Shown here in pieces: positions 1 to 12,868 of a stretch of DNA of 64,000 bases. Below the pieces are notes generated by a model, which worked only from the letters and a program-made list of their open reading frames with translations, was not told the origin of the DNA and ran no database searches. Position 1 is the first letter of the stretch; each line of letters opens with the position of its first letter. Source of the DNA: an uncultured cyanobacterium. Its GTDB lineage: Bacteria > Cyanobacteriota > Cyanobacteriia > PCC-9006 > JAAUQQ01. The stretch lies in assembly GCA_963718615.1 (NCBI GenBank), contig OY970368.1, positions 5,824,001-5,888,000 on the forward strand, in the 5' to 3' direction. Made by a program: the position numbers and the translations under genes.

Positions 1-1321
<1,321 letters not shown>

Positions 1322-1349
1322 TTAAAGATTATCACTGAAGGTTAAGCAA

Positions 1350-1763
1350 TCACCGAAAAACTTTATCGTCGATTTCAAGGCGGGCGCTGCCCCATTCGTG
1401 ACCGTTGGGCTCGTAGAGTTCAACCTCAATGGCACTGAGCTGTACGGAGGGATTTTGCGCCACAAACTCACGACTCAGAATATCGCTGAAGGCGTCGTAG
1501 AAATATTCGGCGAGGGTCTCGCAGGTGGGGGTTTGCTGGGTGGTGGCGGATAGCTTGCGGTTGTCGTTGAGGTGACTGTTGGCGAGACCGTCGATCACCC
1601 CTTTAAAGTGATGTCGCACGTCGACCATGTTGAGAATCATGCCCTGCTGGGGTTGGCCTGCAATGATGGCTTTGACGCGCCAGAGGTGATTGTGAGGCGT
1701 TTCGCGGACGGTGAGGGCATGGGAGGCAATGAACTCAAAGTTCAAAATCAGCTTGGTTTTCAT
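1350..1763 (-). CDS. 6-pyruvoyl-tetrahydropterin synthase (PTPS/QueD) family protein
   Basis: FIASHAL...ETPHNH, HLND and PTCETLAEYFY motifs of the PTPS T-fold. Likely start ATG 1763; the ORF is open to 1811. Confidence 0.8.
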   Translation of the reverse strand: MKTKLILNFEFIASHALTVRETPHNHLWRVKAIIAGQPQQGMILNMVDVRHHFKGVIDGLANSHLNDNRKLSATTQQTPTCETLAEYFYDAFSDILSREFVAQNPSVQLSAIEVELYEPNGHEWGSARLEIDDKVFR

Positions 1764-1857
1764 GGGAGTGAAGGATTTCATGCACAGACTGAGTTGAGCG
1801 CTACGATTCAAATCCCAGGAAAGGGATGTAGCGGATGCAGAGCCATCGTAAACCGAC

Positions 1858-2694
1858 TCAATCCACTCTGGGGTGCTGAAAAATGTAGCCTGCCTCTCTT
1901 AGCTTTTGGTTGGAGACCTTGGCATTGTAGGATCGGGGGCTAGGCTGACTGGGATCCCAGTGAATAGGGGCGAGGTGGTGGCGATCGCATACCCCATCCA
2001 ATAGTTGCTTCACGGAAATGGGATGGCTGTTGACGAGGTTATAGACGCCCTGTAGTCGATGCTTCACCGCAAAATCGAGGGCTCCAACAATATCTTCCAA
2101 GTGCACCCAGTTGCTCGCGTCGCTGCCATCGCCCGGTCGGGTTTTGCCCGCAGCATTTTGAAAAATCCTCGCCAGCTCTCGGCCTGGGCCATAGATCCCG
2201 CCAAGGCGAAAGAGGCAGACCCGGCGATCGCTCCCTACTAAGGTTTGCAACACCCGCTCCGTTTCCGCCAGCACCTCGCCATTTTCGTTTTCCGGTTTAA
2301 TCGATGTGCTTTCACTGACCCAATTTCCTTGTTGATTGCCATAGACGGCATAGCTGCCGGTATAGATAATCTGTTCGACGCTGGAGTTGTCCGGCAGGAC
2401 TTGTGCTAGGGTTTGGGCCGTTTTGAGGTAGGTGTCGGCGTAGCTGGTACCCCGTTTGGCCCCAAGGGTGAGGAGGAGGACCTGGATGCCGTCGAGGGCT
2501 TGGCGGAGGGCGGCGGGGTCGTTGCCGGCGAGGATGAGGGTTTGGGGGGCGATCGCCCGTAATTCTGCCAAGCGATCGGGCGTGGTAGTGGTAACGATCA
2601 CCTCTGCATCGGCACAGGGCGGGCAGGTTTGCCAGTGGCGGGCTAAGGCGGTGCCAACGTAACCGCAACCCAAAATCATGATCCGGGTACTCAT
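1858..2694 (-). CDS. NAD-dependent epimerase/dehydratase (atypical SDR)
   Basis: GCGYVG Rossmann motif, YTGSYAVYG, RLGGIYGPGR, NWVHLED. Confidence 0.9.
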   Translation of the reverse strand: MSTRIMILGCGYVGTALARHWQTCPPCADAEVIVTTTTPDRLAELRAIAPQTLILAGNDPAALRQALDGIQVLLLTLGAKRGTSYADTYLKTAQTLAQVLPDNSSVEQIIYTGSYAVYGNQQGNWVSESTSIKPENENGEVLAETERVLQTLVGSDRRVCLFRLGGIYGPGRELARIFQNAAGKTRPGDGSDASNWVHLEDIVGALDFAVKHRLQGVYNLVNSHPISVKQLLDGVCDRHHLAPIHWDPSQPSPRSYNAKVSNQKLREAGYIFQHPRVD

Positions 2695-3290
2695 AGGCGC
2701 TCTCCAAAATCCAACGGCCTATTCGCCAAGAGCCGTGCAGCAAATATCCCCGCCAGCAAACCGGAAAAATGTCCCTCCCAAGAGATTCCAGCCCGTCCCG
2801 GTAAAACGCCCCAAATCAATCCCCCATAAACAAAAACGACCAGCAACGACAATAAAATTGAGCCCGGTCGCCGTTCAAAATAGCCGCGCAGCAGTAAAAA
2901 GCCCAAATAACCAAAAATCAGGATACTCGCCCCCAGATGAATCGAAGGGGCACCAATCAGCCAGGTGCCCAATCCCCCCAGCAGCGTCACAATGACGGTC
3001 ACCCAAATAAAATCACGGGTTCGTCGCAGCATTACCAGCCATCCAAGGGTAAAGAACGGCACTGTATTTGCCAGTAGGTGGGCAAAGCCAGCATGGAGAA
3101 ACGGTGCGAGGAGAATTCCCCGCAGTCCAATCCACCGGCGCGGGATAATACCGTAGTGATCCAAGGCTCCTCCCAAAACCACTTGATCCAAAATTTCTAG
3201 TCCCCACATCAACCCCATCATCCCCACAAGTAGAACGATTTGAAGCGTAAGTTCCTCTGCAATGCCGCTGCGGGGAGTGGATTTGGTCAT
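2691..3290 (-). CDS. Rhomboid family intramembrane serine protease
   Basis: PFLHAGFAHLLAN, HLGAS (catalytic Ser), SWEGH (catalytic His); multiple TM segments. Start set at ATG 3290 to avoid overlap with rsmG. Confidence 0.9.
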   Translation of the reverse strand: MTKSTPRSGIAEELTLQIVLLVGMMGLMWGLEILDQVVLGGALDHYGIIPRRWIGLRGILLAPFLHAGFAHLLANTVPFFTLGWLVMLRRTRDFIWVTVIVTLLGGLGTWLIGAPSIHLGASILIFGYLGFLLLRGYFERRPGSILLSLLVVFVYGGLIWGVLPGRAGISWEGHFSGLLAGIFAARLLANRPLDFGERL

Positions 3291-3300
3291 GAGCAAAGAA

Positions 3301-3360
3301 TGAAACCGGGTAAGTTGAAACTGGGTCAATTGGAGCCGAGTTAATTGAATCCGGGTCAAT
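3301..3360. repeat. Four imperfect 15-bp tandem repeats
   Basis: tgaaaccgggtaagt / tgaaactgggtcaat / tggagccgagttaat / tgaatccgggtcaat, between rsmG and the rhomboid gene. Confidence 0.8.
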
Positions 3361-4213
3361 TTTGAGGCAGTGGCTTTTGGCTGGGAATGCCGACGGGACG
3401 GGGAAACTCTGCGGGGGTAGGGGCTGTTTTTCGGAGATAAATACAGTGGCGCGTGCTTTGGGTGAGGGGCGTTGTAAAGGCATCCACTTGCGTGATTTCG
3501 CCGCCGAGGTGGTTGAGCGCCGCTTCCAGGTCTTGGGTTTCTGTGTCGGTCCATTGTCCTCGATAGAGAATGGCGGTCCCGCCCAATTTGAGTAAGGGCA
3601 AGCTGTATTCGGCGCAGACGGTGGCGGGGCCAACGGCGCGGATGAAGGCCAGGTCGTAGCGATCGCGCTGGTTCCGGTCCCGACCAGCTACCTCCGCTCG
3701 CTGAGTCAAGGTGTGGATGCGCTCCAGACTCAGTAGTTGGATAAGCTGCTCTAAAAAATTCACCTTTTTGCGGGTAGAGTCAAGCAGCGTGACCGTGAGT
3801 TGGGAAAGGGCGATCGCTGCAGGCACCCCTGGAAAACCGCCTCCGGTCCCAATATCGATGGCAGTCATTGGGGTAGGACCAACAGCCTCCACTGAGGTCG
3901 TCGATGCGTCTGCGTCTGCCATCAGCCAAGGTTTCAAGCCCCGCAGCGAATCCCAAAGATGTTTTTCCCAAAACTCATCGGGCTCGGTTAAGCGGGTGAG
4001 GTTGAGCTGTTGGTTGCCGAGGACGATCGCCCGATAAAGCTGCTGAAACTGGCTTTGTTGTTCCGGGCTCGGTTGCCATCCGAGGCTGGCTTGCCATTGT
4101 TCTAAATACTCCGGCAGTGGAGCCACCGACTGCTCGGAAGGAACAGACTGGAGAGAAAGGACTTGGGGGGATGAGAGGGGGCGGCCCTCCTGGGCTGGGT
4201 TTGGCATACTCAA
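3356..4213 (-). CDS. rsmG: 16S rRNA (guanine(527)-N7)-methyltransferase
   Basis: NLTR, KHLWDSL, DIGTGGGFPG, LDSTRKK, FPRPVGIP. True start may be slightly downstream. Confidence 0.95.
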   Translation of the reverse strand: MSMPNPAQEGRPLSSPQVLSLQSVPSEQSVAPLPEYLEQWQASLGWQPSPEQQSQFQQLYRAIVLGNQQLNLTRLTEPDEFWEKHLWDSLRGLKPWLMADADASTTSVEAVGPTPMTAIDIGTGGGFPGVPAAIALSQLTVTLLDSTRKKVNFLEQLIQLLSLERIHTLTQRAEVAGRDRNQRDRYDLAFIRAVGPATVCAEYSLPLLKLGGTAILYRGQWTDTETQDLEAALNHLGGEITQVDAFTTPLTQSTRHCIYLRKTAPTPAEFPRPVGIPSQKPLPQN

Positions 4214-4269
4214 AATAGTCTTCGACCAATTTCGATCAGGTTCGATCCATCTTCATCCAGGCGTTACCT

Positions 4270-4659
4270 ATGCTCGGCACCTTTCAACAAACCCATCTCC
4301 GGATTGAAGTAGAAGCAACGGCGGCAGAGTTAGCCCGTAGCTTGCTCCATGCAGAAGCCTTTACCCGCTGGCTACAGCCCCAACAATTTTCTCAGCCGCT
4401 GCCGCCGAAGTTAACCCCTGGCATAGTCTACAGTAGCGGTTTCGGTCCCCTCCAGATTCGTCATCAAGTTGAGGTTGCAGAAGACCATACCCTGCGATTG
4501 CTCCTCAGCGGCGGGGTCGATGGCTTCCATGAATGGTGCTGGGGAGAGGGCTGGGTCCAGTCTAAGCTAGAGGGCATTTCGCTGCTGCCTTTGGGGCTGA
4601 GCCAGACTTGGGGGCTTCTACGACTTCGCCAGTTTTTGCAGCAACAGCGGGGATTGTGA
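4270..4659 (+). CDS. Hypothetical protein, probable SRPBCC/START-like fold
   Basis: Clean 129-aa ORF; LLSGGVDGFHEWCWGEGWVQS resembles a conserved cyanobacterial family. Confidence 0.7.
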   Translation: MLGTFQQTHLRIEVEATAAELARSLLHAEAFTRWLQPQQFSQPLPPKLTPGIVYSSGFGPLQIRHQVEVAEDHTLRLLLSGGVDGFHEWCWGEGWVQSKLEGISLLPLGLSQTWGLLRLRQFLQQQRGL

Positions 4660-4702
4660 CCTCTAGGAGCGTCGTTGGACAGTCGTTTAAGACCGTCGTC
4701 GT

Positions 4703-6001
4703 TTAAGGCTGTCGTTGGCGCATTCGTACCGATTCTCCATGGGAAAAGAGGCCCTCAGCGGTGGCGAGCGTGTCGATCGCCCCAGCAACTTTCTGGAGGG
4801 CCTGGGGAGAATATTGAATGATGCTCGAATGCTTCATAAACGTCTCGACGCCCAATGCAGAGGCATAGCGAGCAGCACCTGAGGTGGGCAGCGTATGGTT
4901 GGGTCCTGCCAAATAGTCCCCGACGGCCTCTGGGGTAGCGTTACCCAAAAAGATAGCACCGGCATGGCGCACCTGTTCAACCAAGGCCCAAGGGTCCTCC
5001 ACTTCCAGTTCTAGGTGCTCTGGGGCAAACTCATTGGACAGTTCGACCGCTTTCTCCAGGGTGGGGACGACGATCACCAAACCATAGTTGATGATCGACT
5101 TTTCGGTAATCTCCTTGCGGGGGTGATCGGCTAGCTGACGACTGACGGCCTGAACCACGGCGGTGGCAAAGTCTTCGCTGATGGTGATCAAAATGGCAGC
5201 GGCTCGGGTGTCATGCTCCGCTTGAGCCAGCATATCGACCGCCACATGGGCCGGATTTGCGGATTCGTCCGCAATAATCAACACCTCCGACGGGCCAGCG
5301 AGGGAATCAATCCCCACCCGACCATAGACCAGCTTTTTCGCCAGCGTCACGTAGATATTGCCCGGTCCAGTAATGACATTCACCGCTGGAATCGTGGTAG
5401 TTCCGTAGGCGAGGGCGGCGATCGCCTGCGCCCCTCCCACCCGATAAATTTCTTCCACCCCCGCTTCCTGGGCCGCCACCAACACCGCCGGACTGAGGCT
5501 GCCATCTCGGCTAGGGGGCGTCACCATCACCAAGCGAGGCACCCCAGCTACCTGGGCCGGCACCGCATTCATCAGCACCGTACTCGGATAGGCCGCCTTA
5601 CCCCCCGGCACATAAATTCCCGCCCGGTCCACCGGCCTGTAGCGCTTGCCGAGAACCACGTCATTTTCCCCAAATTTCACCCAGCTCTTGGGAACTCGCT
5701 GCTGATGAAAGTCCTTGATATTGCGATGGGCCAACCGAATGGCATCGACGAAGCCTTTGGGCACCTGCTGATAGGCGGCTTCTAACTCTGCCCCGGTGAC
5801 CCGTAGTTGGTCTACCGAAAGCGTGACGTGATCAAATTCCTGCCCGTAGTCCAGGAGAGCAGCATCTCCCCGTCGCTGGACCTCCTGAATGATTTTGTGG
5901 ACCGTGGCTTCCGCATGGGCTGAGGCACTATCGTGGGTGCGATCGCAGATGCGAGCCAGCTCTGCCTTGGCCCCTTCCCACTGATTCACAATTCGCAACA
6001 T
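4703..6001 (-). CDS. hisD: Histidinol dehydrogenase
   Basis: YVPGGKAAYPS, AGPSE, QAEHD, APEHLE, GDYLAGPNHTLPT. Confidence 0.97.
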   Translation of the reverse strand: MLRIVNQWEGAKAELARICDRTHDSASAHAEATVHKIIQEVQRRGDAALLDYGQEFDHVTLSVDQLRVTGAELEAAYQQVPKGFVDAIRLAHRNIKDFHQQRVPKSWVKFGENDVVLGKRYRPVDRAGIYVPGGKAAYPSTVLMNAVPAQVAGVPRLVMVTPPSRDGSLSPAVLVAAQEAGVEEIYRVGGAQAIAALAYGTTTIPAVNVITGPGNIYVTLAKKLVYGRVGIDSLAGPSEVLIIADESANPAHVAVDMLAQAEHDTRAAAILITISEDFATAVVQAVSRQLADHPRKEITEKSIINYGLVIVVPTLEKAVELSNEFAPEHLELEVEDPWALVEQVRHAGAIFLGNATPEAVGDYLAGPNHTLPTSGAARYASALGVETFMKHSSIIQYSPQALQKVAGAIDTLATAEGLFSHGESVRMRQRQP

Positions 6002-6194
6002 GTAACTTTTCGTTCGGAGGCGATAGGTATTGTTGAGCCTGCGGATGGTCAGGTCAGGCTTTCCCTTATTAGCTTAGCTTGGTTTTTTAGCACTAGCGGC
6101 CCCTAATTTCAGAAAAAACAAAAAAATCTGTGCAATTCCTCACAGTCTTGTGAGATAATCGAGTGTTCGTAGAGCGTCGATACTAGGGTAAACC

Positions 6195-6491
6195 GTGGCT
6201 AACATCAAGTCTGCCATCAAGCGAGTCCAAATTGCAGAGCGCAATCGGCTGCGCAACAAGTCGTACAAGTCCGCCGTCAAAACATTGACGAAGAAATATA
6301 TCACTGCGGTTGAAGAATACGTCGCCGCACCCAGTGATGAGGCCAAGCAAGCGGTCCAGTCCCGCATGTCTGAAGCCTATAGCAAGATCGATAAAGCCGT
6401 GAAGCGTGGTGTTTACCATGGCAACACAGGGGCTAATCGCAAGGCCCGTCTGGCTCGCATCTACAAAAAACAGGTTGAGCCAGCCTCTTAA
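6195..6491 (+). CDS. rpsT: 30S ribosomal protein S20
   Basis: [21 protein letters not shown]...[11 protein letters not shown]; GTG start. Confidence 0.98.
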   Translation: MANIKSAIKRVQIAERNRLRNKSYKSAVKTLTKKYITAVEEYVAAPSDEAKQAVQSRMSEAYSKIDKAVKRGVYHGNTGANRKARLARIYKKQVEPAS

Positions 6492-6533
6492 ATCGTTTGG
6501 CGAATTGATCGTCTAGCGTTTATTGAGTGCTTC

Positions 6534-7313
6534 ATGCAGCTAGTTGATACCCACGTTCATATCGTCTTCGAGCGTTTTCAAGCGGATCTGGACCTTGTCG
6601 CCCAACGGTGGCGGGAGGTCGGAGTTGTCCGCTTGGTGCATTCCTGTGTCGAACCGAAAGAGTTTGGAGCCATGCAGGCGATCGCCGATCGTTTTCCTGA
6701 GCTCTCTCTTGCCGTCGGCCTGCATCCTCTCGACGTCGACCAGTGGACTCCGGCTGTAGCGGAGCAAATTGTGCAACTCGCCCAATCCGATGGGCGGGTT
6801 GTTGCCATTGGAGAAACTGGCCTGGATTTTTTCAAGTCCGACCAGATCGATCAGCAGTACGAGGCCTTCCACGCCCAGCTTCGTATCGCCGCCACCCTGG
6901 ATTTGCCGGTGATTATTCACTGTCGCGATGCCGCTGAAGCCATGGCCCAGCGGCTGCGAAAGTTTGTTGAAACGGAAGGTCCAGTGCGGGGCGTGATGCA
7001 TTGCTGGGGCGGCACCCCTGCCGAAACTCAGTGGTTTTTAGACTTAGGGTTTTACATCAGCTTTAGTGGCACGGTCACCTTCAAAAACGCCGAGCAAATC
7101 CGTGCTTCGGCAGCCATGGTTCCGGGCGATCGCCTCTTGATCGAAACCGATTGCCCTTTCCTTGCCCCTGTGCCCCAGCGCGGCAAGCGCAACGAACCCG
7201 CCTTCGTTGCCCATGTCGCCGAACAAATCGCCCAAATCCGCCAGACTTCCGTCGAGCAGCTCGCCCAGCAAACCACTCACAACGCCTTTGAACTCTTTCG
7301 CCTACCTCAATAG
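6534..7313 (+). CDS. tatD: TatD family hydrolase
   Basis: [34 protein letters not shown]. Confidence 0.95.
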   Translation: MQLVDTHVHIVFERFQADLDLVAQRWREVGVVRLVHSCVEPKEFGAMQAIADRFPELSLAVGLHPLDVDQWTPAVAEQIVQLAQSDGRVVAIGETGLDFFKSDQIDQQYEAFHAQLRIAATLDLPVIIHCRDAAEAMAQRLRKFVETEGPVRGVMHCWGGTPAETQWFLDLGFYISFSGTVTFKNAEQIRASAAMVPGDRLLIETDCPFLAPVPQRGKRNEPAFVAHVAEQIAQIRQTSVEQLAQQTTHNAFELFRLPQ

Positions 7314-7340
7314 AGTCATCTGTTCCAGAAGGAAACTTTT

Positions 7341-7400
7341 TCCAAAGTCAAGACTTGACTTTGGAGTAGGATTGAAGTAGCCCCCCTGATACTGTAAAAT
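7341..7400 (+). promoter_or_regulatory. Putative sigma70 promoter of rpoB with an upstream 25-bp inverted repeat
   Basis: TTGAAG (7372-7377), 17 nt, TAAAAT (7395-7400); TCCAAAGTCAAG-A-CTTGACTTTGGA at 7341-7365. Confidence 0.55.
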
Positions 7401-7439
7401 TTACGGTCGCGCCCAGGCGAGACCCGATCGAGGAGACGC

Positions 7440-10400
7440 ATGACTGACCAGATCACCGTTGCACCCGCTCCCTTTGTTCTGCCAGACTTGGTTGAGATTC
7501 AGCGGGCCAGTTTTCGTTGGTTCCTGTCGGAGGGACTCATCGAAGAGCTCGAAAGCTTCTCTCCCATTACAGATTACACCGGTAAACTAGAGCTTCATTT
7601 TTTAGGTAAACAATACAAACTAAAAGCGCCCAAATACGACGTTGATGAAGCCAAACGTCGAGATGGTACCTATGCAGTTCAGCTTTATGTTCCGACTCGT
7701 CTGATTAACAAAGAAAACGGCGAGATCAAAGAACAAGAGGTTTTCATTGGCGATCTGCCCCTGATGACCGAGCGTGGTACCTTCATTATCAACGGTGCTG
7801 AGCGGGTGATTGTCAATCAGATCGTCCGCAGTCCAGGGGTTTATTACAAATCTGAAACGGATAAGCATGGACGTCGAACCTATAACGCCAGTCTCATTCC
7901 TAACCGAGGAGCCTGGCTTAAGTTTGAAACGGACAAAAACGATTTGGTCTGGGTGCGGATCGATAAGACCCGCAAGCTATCTGCTCAAGTTCTCCTCAAG
8001 GCCTTGGGGCTTACCGATAACGAAATCTTTGATGCCCTGCGCCATCCGGAATATTTCCAAAAAACCATTGAGAAAGAAGGGCAGTACAACGAAGATGACG
8101 CCCTCATGGAGCTCTACCGCAAGCTGCGGCCCGGTGAGCCTCCGACGATTTCCGGTGGCCGTCAATTGCTTGAATCCCGTTTCTTTGACCCCAAGCGCTA
8201 TGACCTAGGCCGGGTCGGTCGCTATAAGCTCAACCGCAAGCTGCATTTGACGGTGCCCGATGTGGTTCGGGTGCTCACGCCCCAGGATATCTTGGCCGCG
8301 ATCGACTACCTGATTAATTTGGAATTTGACATTGGCAGCATCGATGACATTGACCACCTGGGCAACCGTCGGGTTCGCTCCGTGGGTGAACTGCTGCAAA
8401 ACCAGGTACGGGTCGGTCTCAACCGCCTAGAGCGCATCATTCGGGAGCGCATGACCGTTTCCGATGCCGACTCTTTAACCCCCGCCTCATTGGTCAATCC
8501 CAAGCCGCTGGTCGCTGCAATTAAGGAATTCTTTGGGTCTTCCCAGCTCTCCCAGTTCATGGATCAAACCAATCCCCTAGCGGAGCTAACCCACAAGCGT
8601 CGTCTCAGTGCCCTTGGCCCTGGTGGCCTAACACGGGAGCGTGCCGGTTTTGCCGTGCGGGATATTCACCCGTCTCACTATGGGCGAATTTGCCCGATTG
8701 AAACGCCGGAAGGTCCCAACGCCGGTCTGATTGGCTCCTTGGCGACCCATGCCCGTGTCAACGACTATGGCTTCATCGAAACTCCGTTTAGCCGCGTCGA
8801 GAACGGTCGTGTGTGCCGAGAGATTGCGCCGCTTTACATGACCGCTGACGAAGAAGATGATCTGCGGGTGGCCCCCGGAGACGTTTCCACCGATGCGGAG
8901 GGCTACATTCTAGGCGAGACAGTTCCTGTCCGTTACCGACAAGATTTTACGGAAACAACCCCCGATCAAGTCGATTACGTGGCGATTTCGCCGGTGCAGA
9001 TCATTTCGGTGGCCACTTCGCTGATTCCCTTCCTGGAGCATGATGATGCGAACCGGGCGCTCATGGGGTCGAACATGCAGCGGCAGGCCGTGCCGCTGCT
9101 GCGGCCTGAGCGTCCGCTGGTGGGTACTGGCCTAGAAACCCAGGCGGCCCGTGACTCGGGGATGGTGATTGTGAGCCGTACGCCCGGTCGCGTGACCTAT
9201 GTGGATGCCAATCAGGTGATCGTTCGCGCGGACAGTGGCGAAGACATTGTCTATCCTTTGCAGAAATATCAGCGGTCCAACCAAGACACCTGCTTGAATC
9301 AGCGTCCCCTGGCCTTTGAGGGAGATGAGGTGGAAGTCGGTCAAGTCTTGGCCGATGGCTCTGCCACCGAAGGCGGTGAGCTGGCGCTGGGGCAGAACAT
9401 CCTCGTCGCCTATATGCCCTGGGAAGGCTACAACTACGAGGACGCCATTCTGATTAGCGAGCGGTTGGTGCAGGATGATGTCTACACCTCGATTCACATT
9501 GAGAAATACGAAATCGAAGCGCGGCAAACTAAGCTCGGTCCCGAAGAAATTACTCGTGAAATTCCCAACGTCGGTGAAGATGCCCTGCGTCAACTCGATG
9601 AAGGCGGCATTATTCGCATTGGGGCTTGGGTGGGCTCGGGTGACATCCTCGTCGGTAAAGTAACGCCGAAAGGGGAGTCGGATCAGCCGCCAGAAGAGAA
9701 GTTGCTACGCGCCATTTTTGGAGAAAAAGCGCGGGATGTGCGCGATAACTCCCTCCGGGTTCCCAACGGTGAAAAGGGTCGCGTCGTCGATGTACGGGTG
9801 TTTACTCGAGAACAGGGCGATGAACTGCCGCCGGGGGCCAATATGGTCGTTCGGGTTTACGTGGCGCAAAAACGCAAGATTCAGGTGGGCGATAAGATGG
9901 CAGGCCGCCACGGCAACAAGGGGATTATTTCCCGGATTTTGCCCGTGGAAGATATGCCTTATCTGCCCGATGGGACGCCCCTTGACATTGTGCTCAATCC
10001 CCTAGGTGTGCCTTCCCGGATGAATGTGGGCCAGGTGTTTGAATGTCTGTTGGGCTGGGCCGGTCATAACCTCAATACTCGCTTTAAGCTGACGCCGTTT
10101 GACGAGATGCACGGGGCGGAAGCGTCTCGGCTAACGGTTCACGGCAAGCTAGAGGCGGCTCGCAAACGAACAGGTAATCCTTGGGTGTACAACCCCGATG
10201 ATCCTGGCAAAATCCAGGTGTATGACGGGCGGACAGGGGAACCGTTCGATCGTGCAGTCACTGTTGGCAAAGCCTACATGCTCAAACTGGTTCACTTGGT
10301 GGATGACAAGATCCACGCTCGGTCGACGGGTCCCTACTCCTTGGTCACCCAGCAGCCCTTGGGCGGTAAGGCGCAACAGGGTGGTCAGCGGTTTGGAGAA

Positions 10401-10736
10401 ATGGAAGTGTGGGCGCTGGAAGCCTTTGGCGCTGCCTATACGCTCCAGGAGCTGTTGACGGTGAAGTCCGATGATATGCAGGGTCGGAATGAAGCGCTGA
10501 ACGCGATTGTCAAGGGTAAGGCCATTCCTAAACCGGGAACGCCGGAGTCCTTCAAGGTCTTGATGCGTGAGCTTCAGTCCCTCTGCTTGGACATTGCGGT
10601 GCACAAGCTAGACTCCCAGGCCGATGGCTTAGAACGAGATACCGAGGTGGATCTAATGGTCGATGTGGGCGGACGTCGGGCTCCAAGCCGACCCACCTAT
10701 GAATCGATTTCTCGGGACGACGGGGACGAAGGTTAG
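7440..10736 (+). CDS. rpoB: RNA polymerase subunit beta
   Basis: [50 protein letters not shown]. Confidence 0.99.
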   Translation: MTDQITVAPAPFVLPDLVEIQRASFRWFLSEGLIEELESFSPITDYTGKLELHFLGKQYKLKAPKYDVDEAKRRDGTYAVQLYVPTRLINKENGEIKEQEVFIGDLPLMTERGTFIINGAERVIVNQIVRSPGVYYKSETDKHGRRTYNASLIPNRGAWLKFETDKNDLVWVRIDKTRKLSAQVLLKALGLTDNEIFDALRHPEYFQKTIEKEGQYNEDDALMELYRKLRPGEPPTISGGRQLLESRFFDPKRYDLGRVGRYKLNRKLHLTVPDVVRVLTPQDILAAIDYLINLEFDIGSIDDIDHLGNRRVRSVGELLQNQVRVGLNRLERIIRERMTVSDADSLTPASLVNPKPLVAAIKEFFGSSQLSQFMDQTNPLAELTHKRRLSALGPGGLTRERAGFAVRDIHPSHYGRICPIETPEGPNAGLIGSLATHARVNDYGFIETPFSRVENGRVCREIAPLYMTADEEDDLRVAPGDVSTDAEGYILGETVPVRYRQDFTETTPDQVDYVAISPVQIISVATSLIPFLEHDDANRALMGSNMQRQAVPLLRPERPLVGTGLETQAARDSGMVIVSRTPGRVTYVDANQVIVRADSGEDIVYPLQKYQRSNQDTCLNQRPLAFEGDEVEVGQVLADGSATEGGELALGQNILVAYMPWEGYNYEDAILISERLVQDDVYTSIHIEKYEIEARQTKLGPEEITREIPNVGEDALRQLDEGGIIRIGAWVGSGDILVGKVTPKGESDQPPEEKLLRAIFGEKARDVRDNSLRVPNGEKGRVVDVRVFTREQGDELPPGANMVVRVYVAQKRKIQVGDKMAGRHGNKGIISRILPVEDMPYLPDGTPLDIVLNPLGVPSRMNVGQVFECLLGWAGHNLNTRFKLTPFDEMHGAEASRLTVHGKLEAARKRTGNPWVYNPDDPGKIQVYDGRTGEPFDRAVTVGKAYMLKLVHLVDDKIHARSTGPYSLVTQQPLGGKAQQGGQRFGEMEVWALEAFGAAYTLQELLTVKSDDMQGRNEALNAIVKGKAIPKPGTPESFKVLMRELQSLCLDIAVHKLDSQADGLERDTEVDLMVDVGGRRAPSRPTYESISRDDGDEG

Positions 10737-10931
10737 TTCAGATGGGGTGGGTGGTTCGCGAAGGAGCAAGTCCCTAGGACTATTGGGCGCGCCCTGGATT
10801 TGCTCCTGCTACCTGCCCGGTTGATTGTGAGATATCGATATCGCTCTTTTAGGCCGCAGCCTTGAGGGCATGGCTTGGATTGATCTCACTGCGCAAGCCC
10901 TCGAACGTTATATGCAAGGAAGCGATCGCTG

Positions 10932-12806
10932 ATGGCAAAGCTAGAACAACGGTTTGATTACGTCAAAATTGGGTTGGCCTCTCCCGAGCGCATTCGCCAA
11001 TGGGGTGAACGGACGCTGCCCAATGGTCAGGTTGTGGGCGAAGTTACAAAACCGGAAACGATTAACTACCGAACGCTCAAGCCTGAAATGGACGGGCTGT
11101 TCTGTGAACGAATTTTTGGCCCCGCTAAGGACTGGGAATGCCACTGCGGTAAGTACAAGCGGGTGCGGCATCGGGGCATTGTTTGTGAACGCTGTGGTGT
11201 TGAAGTGACCGAGTCGCGGGTGCGGCGTCACCGCATGGGCTATATCAAGCTCGCTGCTCCGGTGGCCCATGTTTGGTATCTCAAGGGGATTCCGAGCTAT
11301 ATCGCCATCCTCATGGATATGCCCCTGCGCGATGTGGAGCAAATTGTTTACTTCAATGCTTACGTTGTTCTGGATCCGGGCAACCATCCCGATTTGCAGC
11401 TCAAGCAACTGCTCAATGAAGACCAGTGGATGGAGCTAGAAGAACAGATCTACGGTGAAGAATCTGATCTCGAAGGCATTGAGGTCGGCATCGGGGCAGA
11501 AGCGCTTCAGCGACTGCTGCAAGACCTGGATTTGGATTCGGAAGCGGAGCGTCTGCGGGAGGAGATTGCGGCGTCCAAAGGTCAAAAACGGGCCAAGTTG
11601 ATCAAACGCCTACGGGTGATCGACAACTTTATTGCGACGGGCTCTAAGCCAGACTGGATGGTCCTCAGCGTGATTCCGGTGATTCCACCGGATTTACGTC
11701 CGATGGTGCAGTTGGACGGGGGCCGGTTTGCGACCTCCGACTTGAACGACCTCTATCGTCGGGTGATCAACCGCAATAACCGTTTGGCGAGGCTTCAGGA
11801 GATCTTGGCTCCGGAAATTATTGTCCGGAACGAAAAACGGATGCTCCAGGAAGCGGTGGATGCGTTGATTGATAACGGTCGTCGGGGGCGCACGGTGGTC
11901 GGGGCCAACAACCGTCCACTCAAGTCCCTCTCAGACATTATTGAAGGGAAGCAAGGTCGTTTCCGGCAAAACCTCCTGGGCAAACGGGTGGACTACTCGG
12001 GACGTTCGGTCATCGTCGTGGGTCCGAACCTCAAAATTCACCAGTGTGGGTTGCCTCGGGAGATGGCGATCGAGCTGTTCCAGCCCTTTGTCATCCACCG
12101 TCTCATTCGCCAAGGCTTGGTGAACAACATCAAGGCCGCAAAAAAGATGATCCAAAAGGGCGACCCCATGGTCTGGAGTGTCCTCGAAGAAGTCATTGAT
12201 GGCCACCCCGTCATGCTCAACCGAGCACCGACGCTCCACCGTTTGGGGATTCAGGCCTTTGAACCAATTTTGGTTCCCGGTCGAGCGATTCAGCTACATC
12301 CCTTGGTGTGTCCCGCCTTTAACGCAGACTTTGACGGCGACCAAATGGCGGTTCACGTGCCGCTGTCGCTTGAATCCCAATCAGAAGCACGCTTGCTCAT
12401 GCTGGCTTCTAATAATGTGCTGTCCCCCGCCACGGGTGCGCCGATTATTACGCCGAGCCAGGACATGGTCTTGGGGTGCTACTACCTTACCGCTGAAAAT
12501 CCGGTGGATACGAAGGGCAAAGACCATTACTTTGCTTCGCTGGATGATGTCATTGTGGCGTTTGAACAGGGGATCATCGGGATTCATGCCTACGTCTGGG
12601 TTCGTTTTGAAGGTGACATGTTGACCTCAAAAGCGGAAGGTGAGCCTAAGGAAGTCCAGCAAGGGGATGACGGCATCGTCACCAAGCTCTATGACTATCG
12701 ACGGGTACGAGAGGATGGGGAAGGCAATCTCATTTCCCAATACATTTACACAACTCCGGGACGGGTCATTTTGAATAAGACCCTGCATGATGTCCTGCTG
12801 AAGTAG
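10932..12806 (+). CDS. rpoC1: RNA polymerase subunit gamma
   Basis: Zn-finger CHCGKYK...CERC; catalytic NADFDGD; 624-aa cyanobacterial split beta' N-half. Confidence 0.99.
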   Translation: MAKLEQRFDYVKIGLASPERIRQWGERTLPNGQVVGEVTKPETINYRTLKPEMDGLFCERIFGPAKDWECHCGKYKRVRHRGIVCERCGVEVTESRVRRHRMGYIKLAAPVAHVWYLKGIPSYIAILMDMPLRDVEQIVYFNAYVVLDPGNHPDLQLKQLLNEDQWMELEEQIYGEESDLEGIEVGIGAEALQRLLQDLDLDSEAERLREEIAASKGQKRAKLIKRLRVIDNFIATGSKPDWMVLSVIPVIPPDLRPMVQLDGGRFATSDLNDLYRRVINRNNRLARLQEILAPEIIVRNEKRMLQEAVDALIDNGRRGRTVVGANNRPLKSLSDIIEGKQGRFRQNLLGKRVDYSGRSVIVVGPNLKIHQCGLPREMAIELFQPFVIHRLIRQGLVNNIKAAKKMIQKGDPMVWSVLEEVIDGHPVMLNRAPTLHRLGIQAFEPILVPGRAIQLHPLVCPAFNADFDGDQMAVHVPLSLESQSEARLLMLASNNVLSPATGAPIITPSQDMVLGCYYLTAENPVDTKGKDHYFASLDDVIVAFEQGIIGIHAYVWVRFEGDMLTSKAEGEPKEVQQGDDGIVTKLYDYRRVREDGEGNLISQYIYTTPGRVILNKTLHDVLLK

Positions 12807-12868
12807 GGCGCGATCGCAAATCACGGTTTGTTGCACAGTTTGGTAAAGAGTGGCGAGACGGCAGACAC

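Noticed and set aside
10755-10905. Hairpins in the rpoB-rpoC1 spacer as an RNA gene or terminator
   Set aside because: Imperfect stems (GGAGCAAGTCC...GGATTTGCTCC) without a U-tract; at most mRNA-stability elements.
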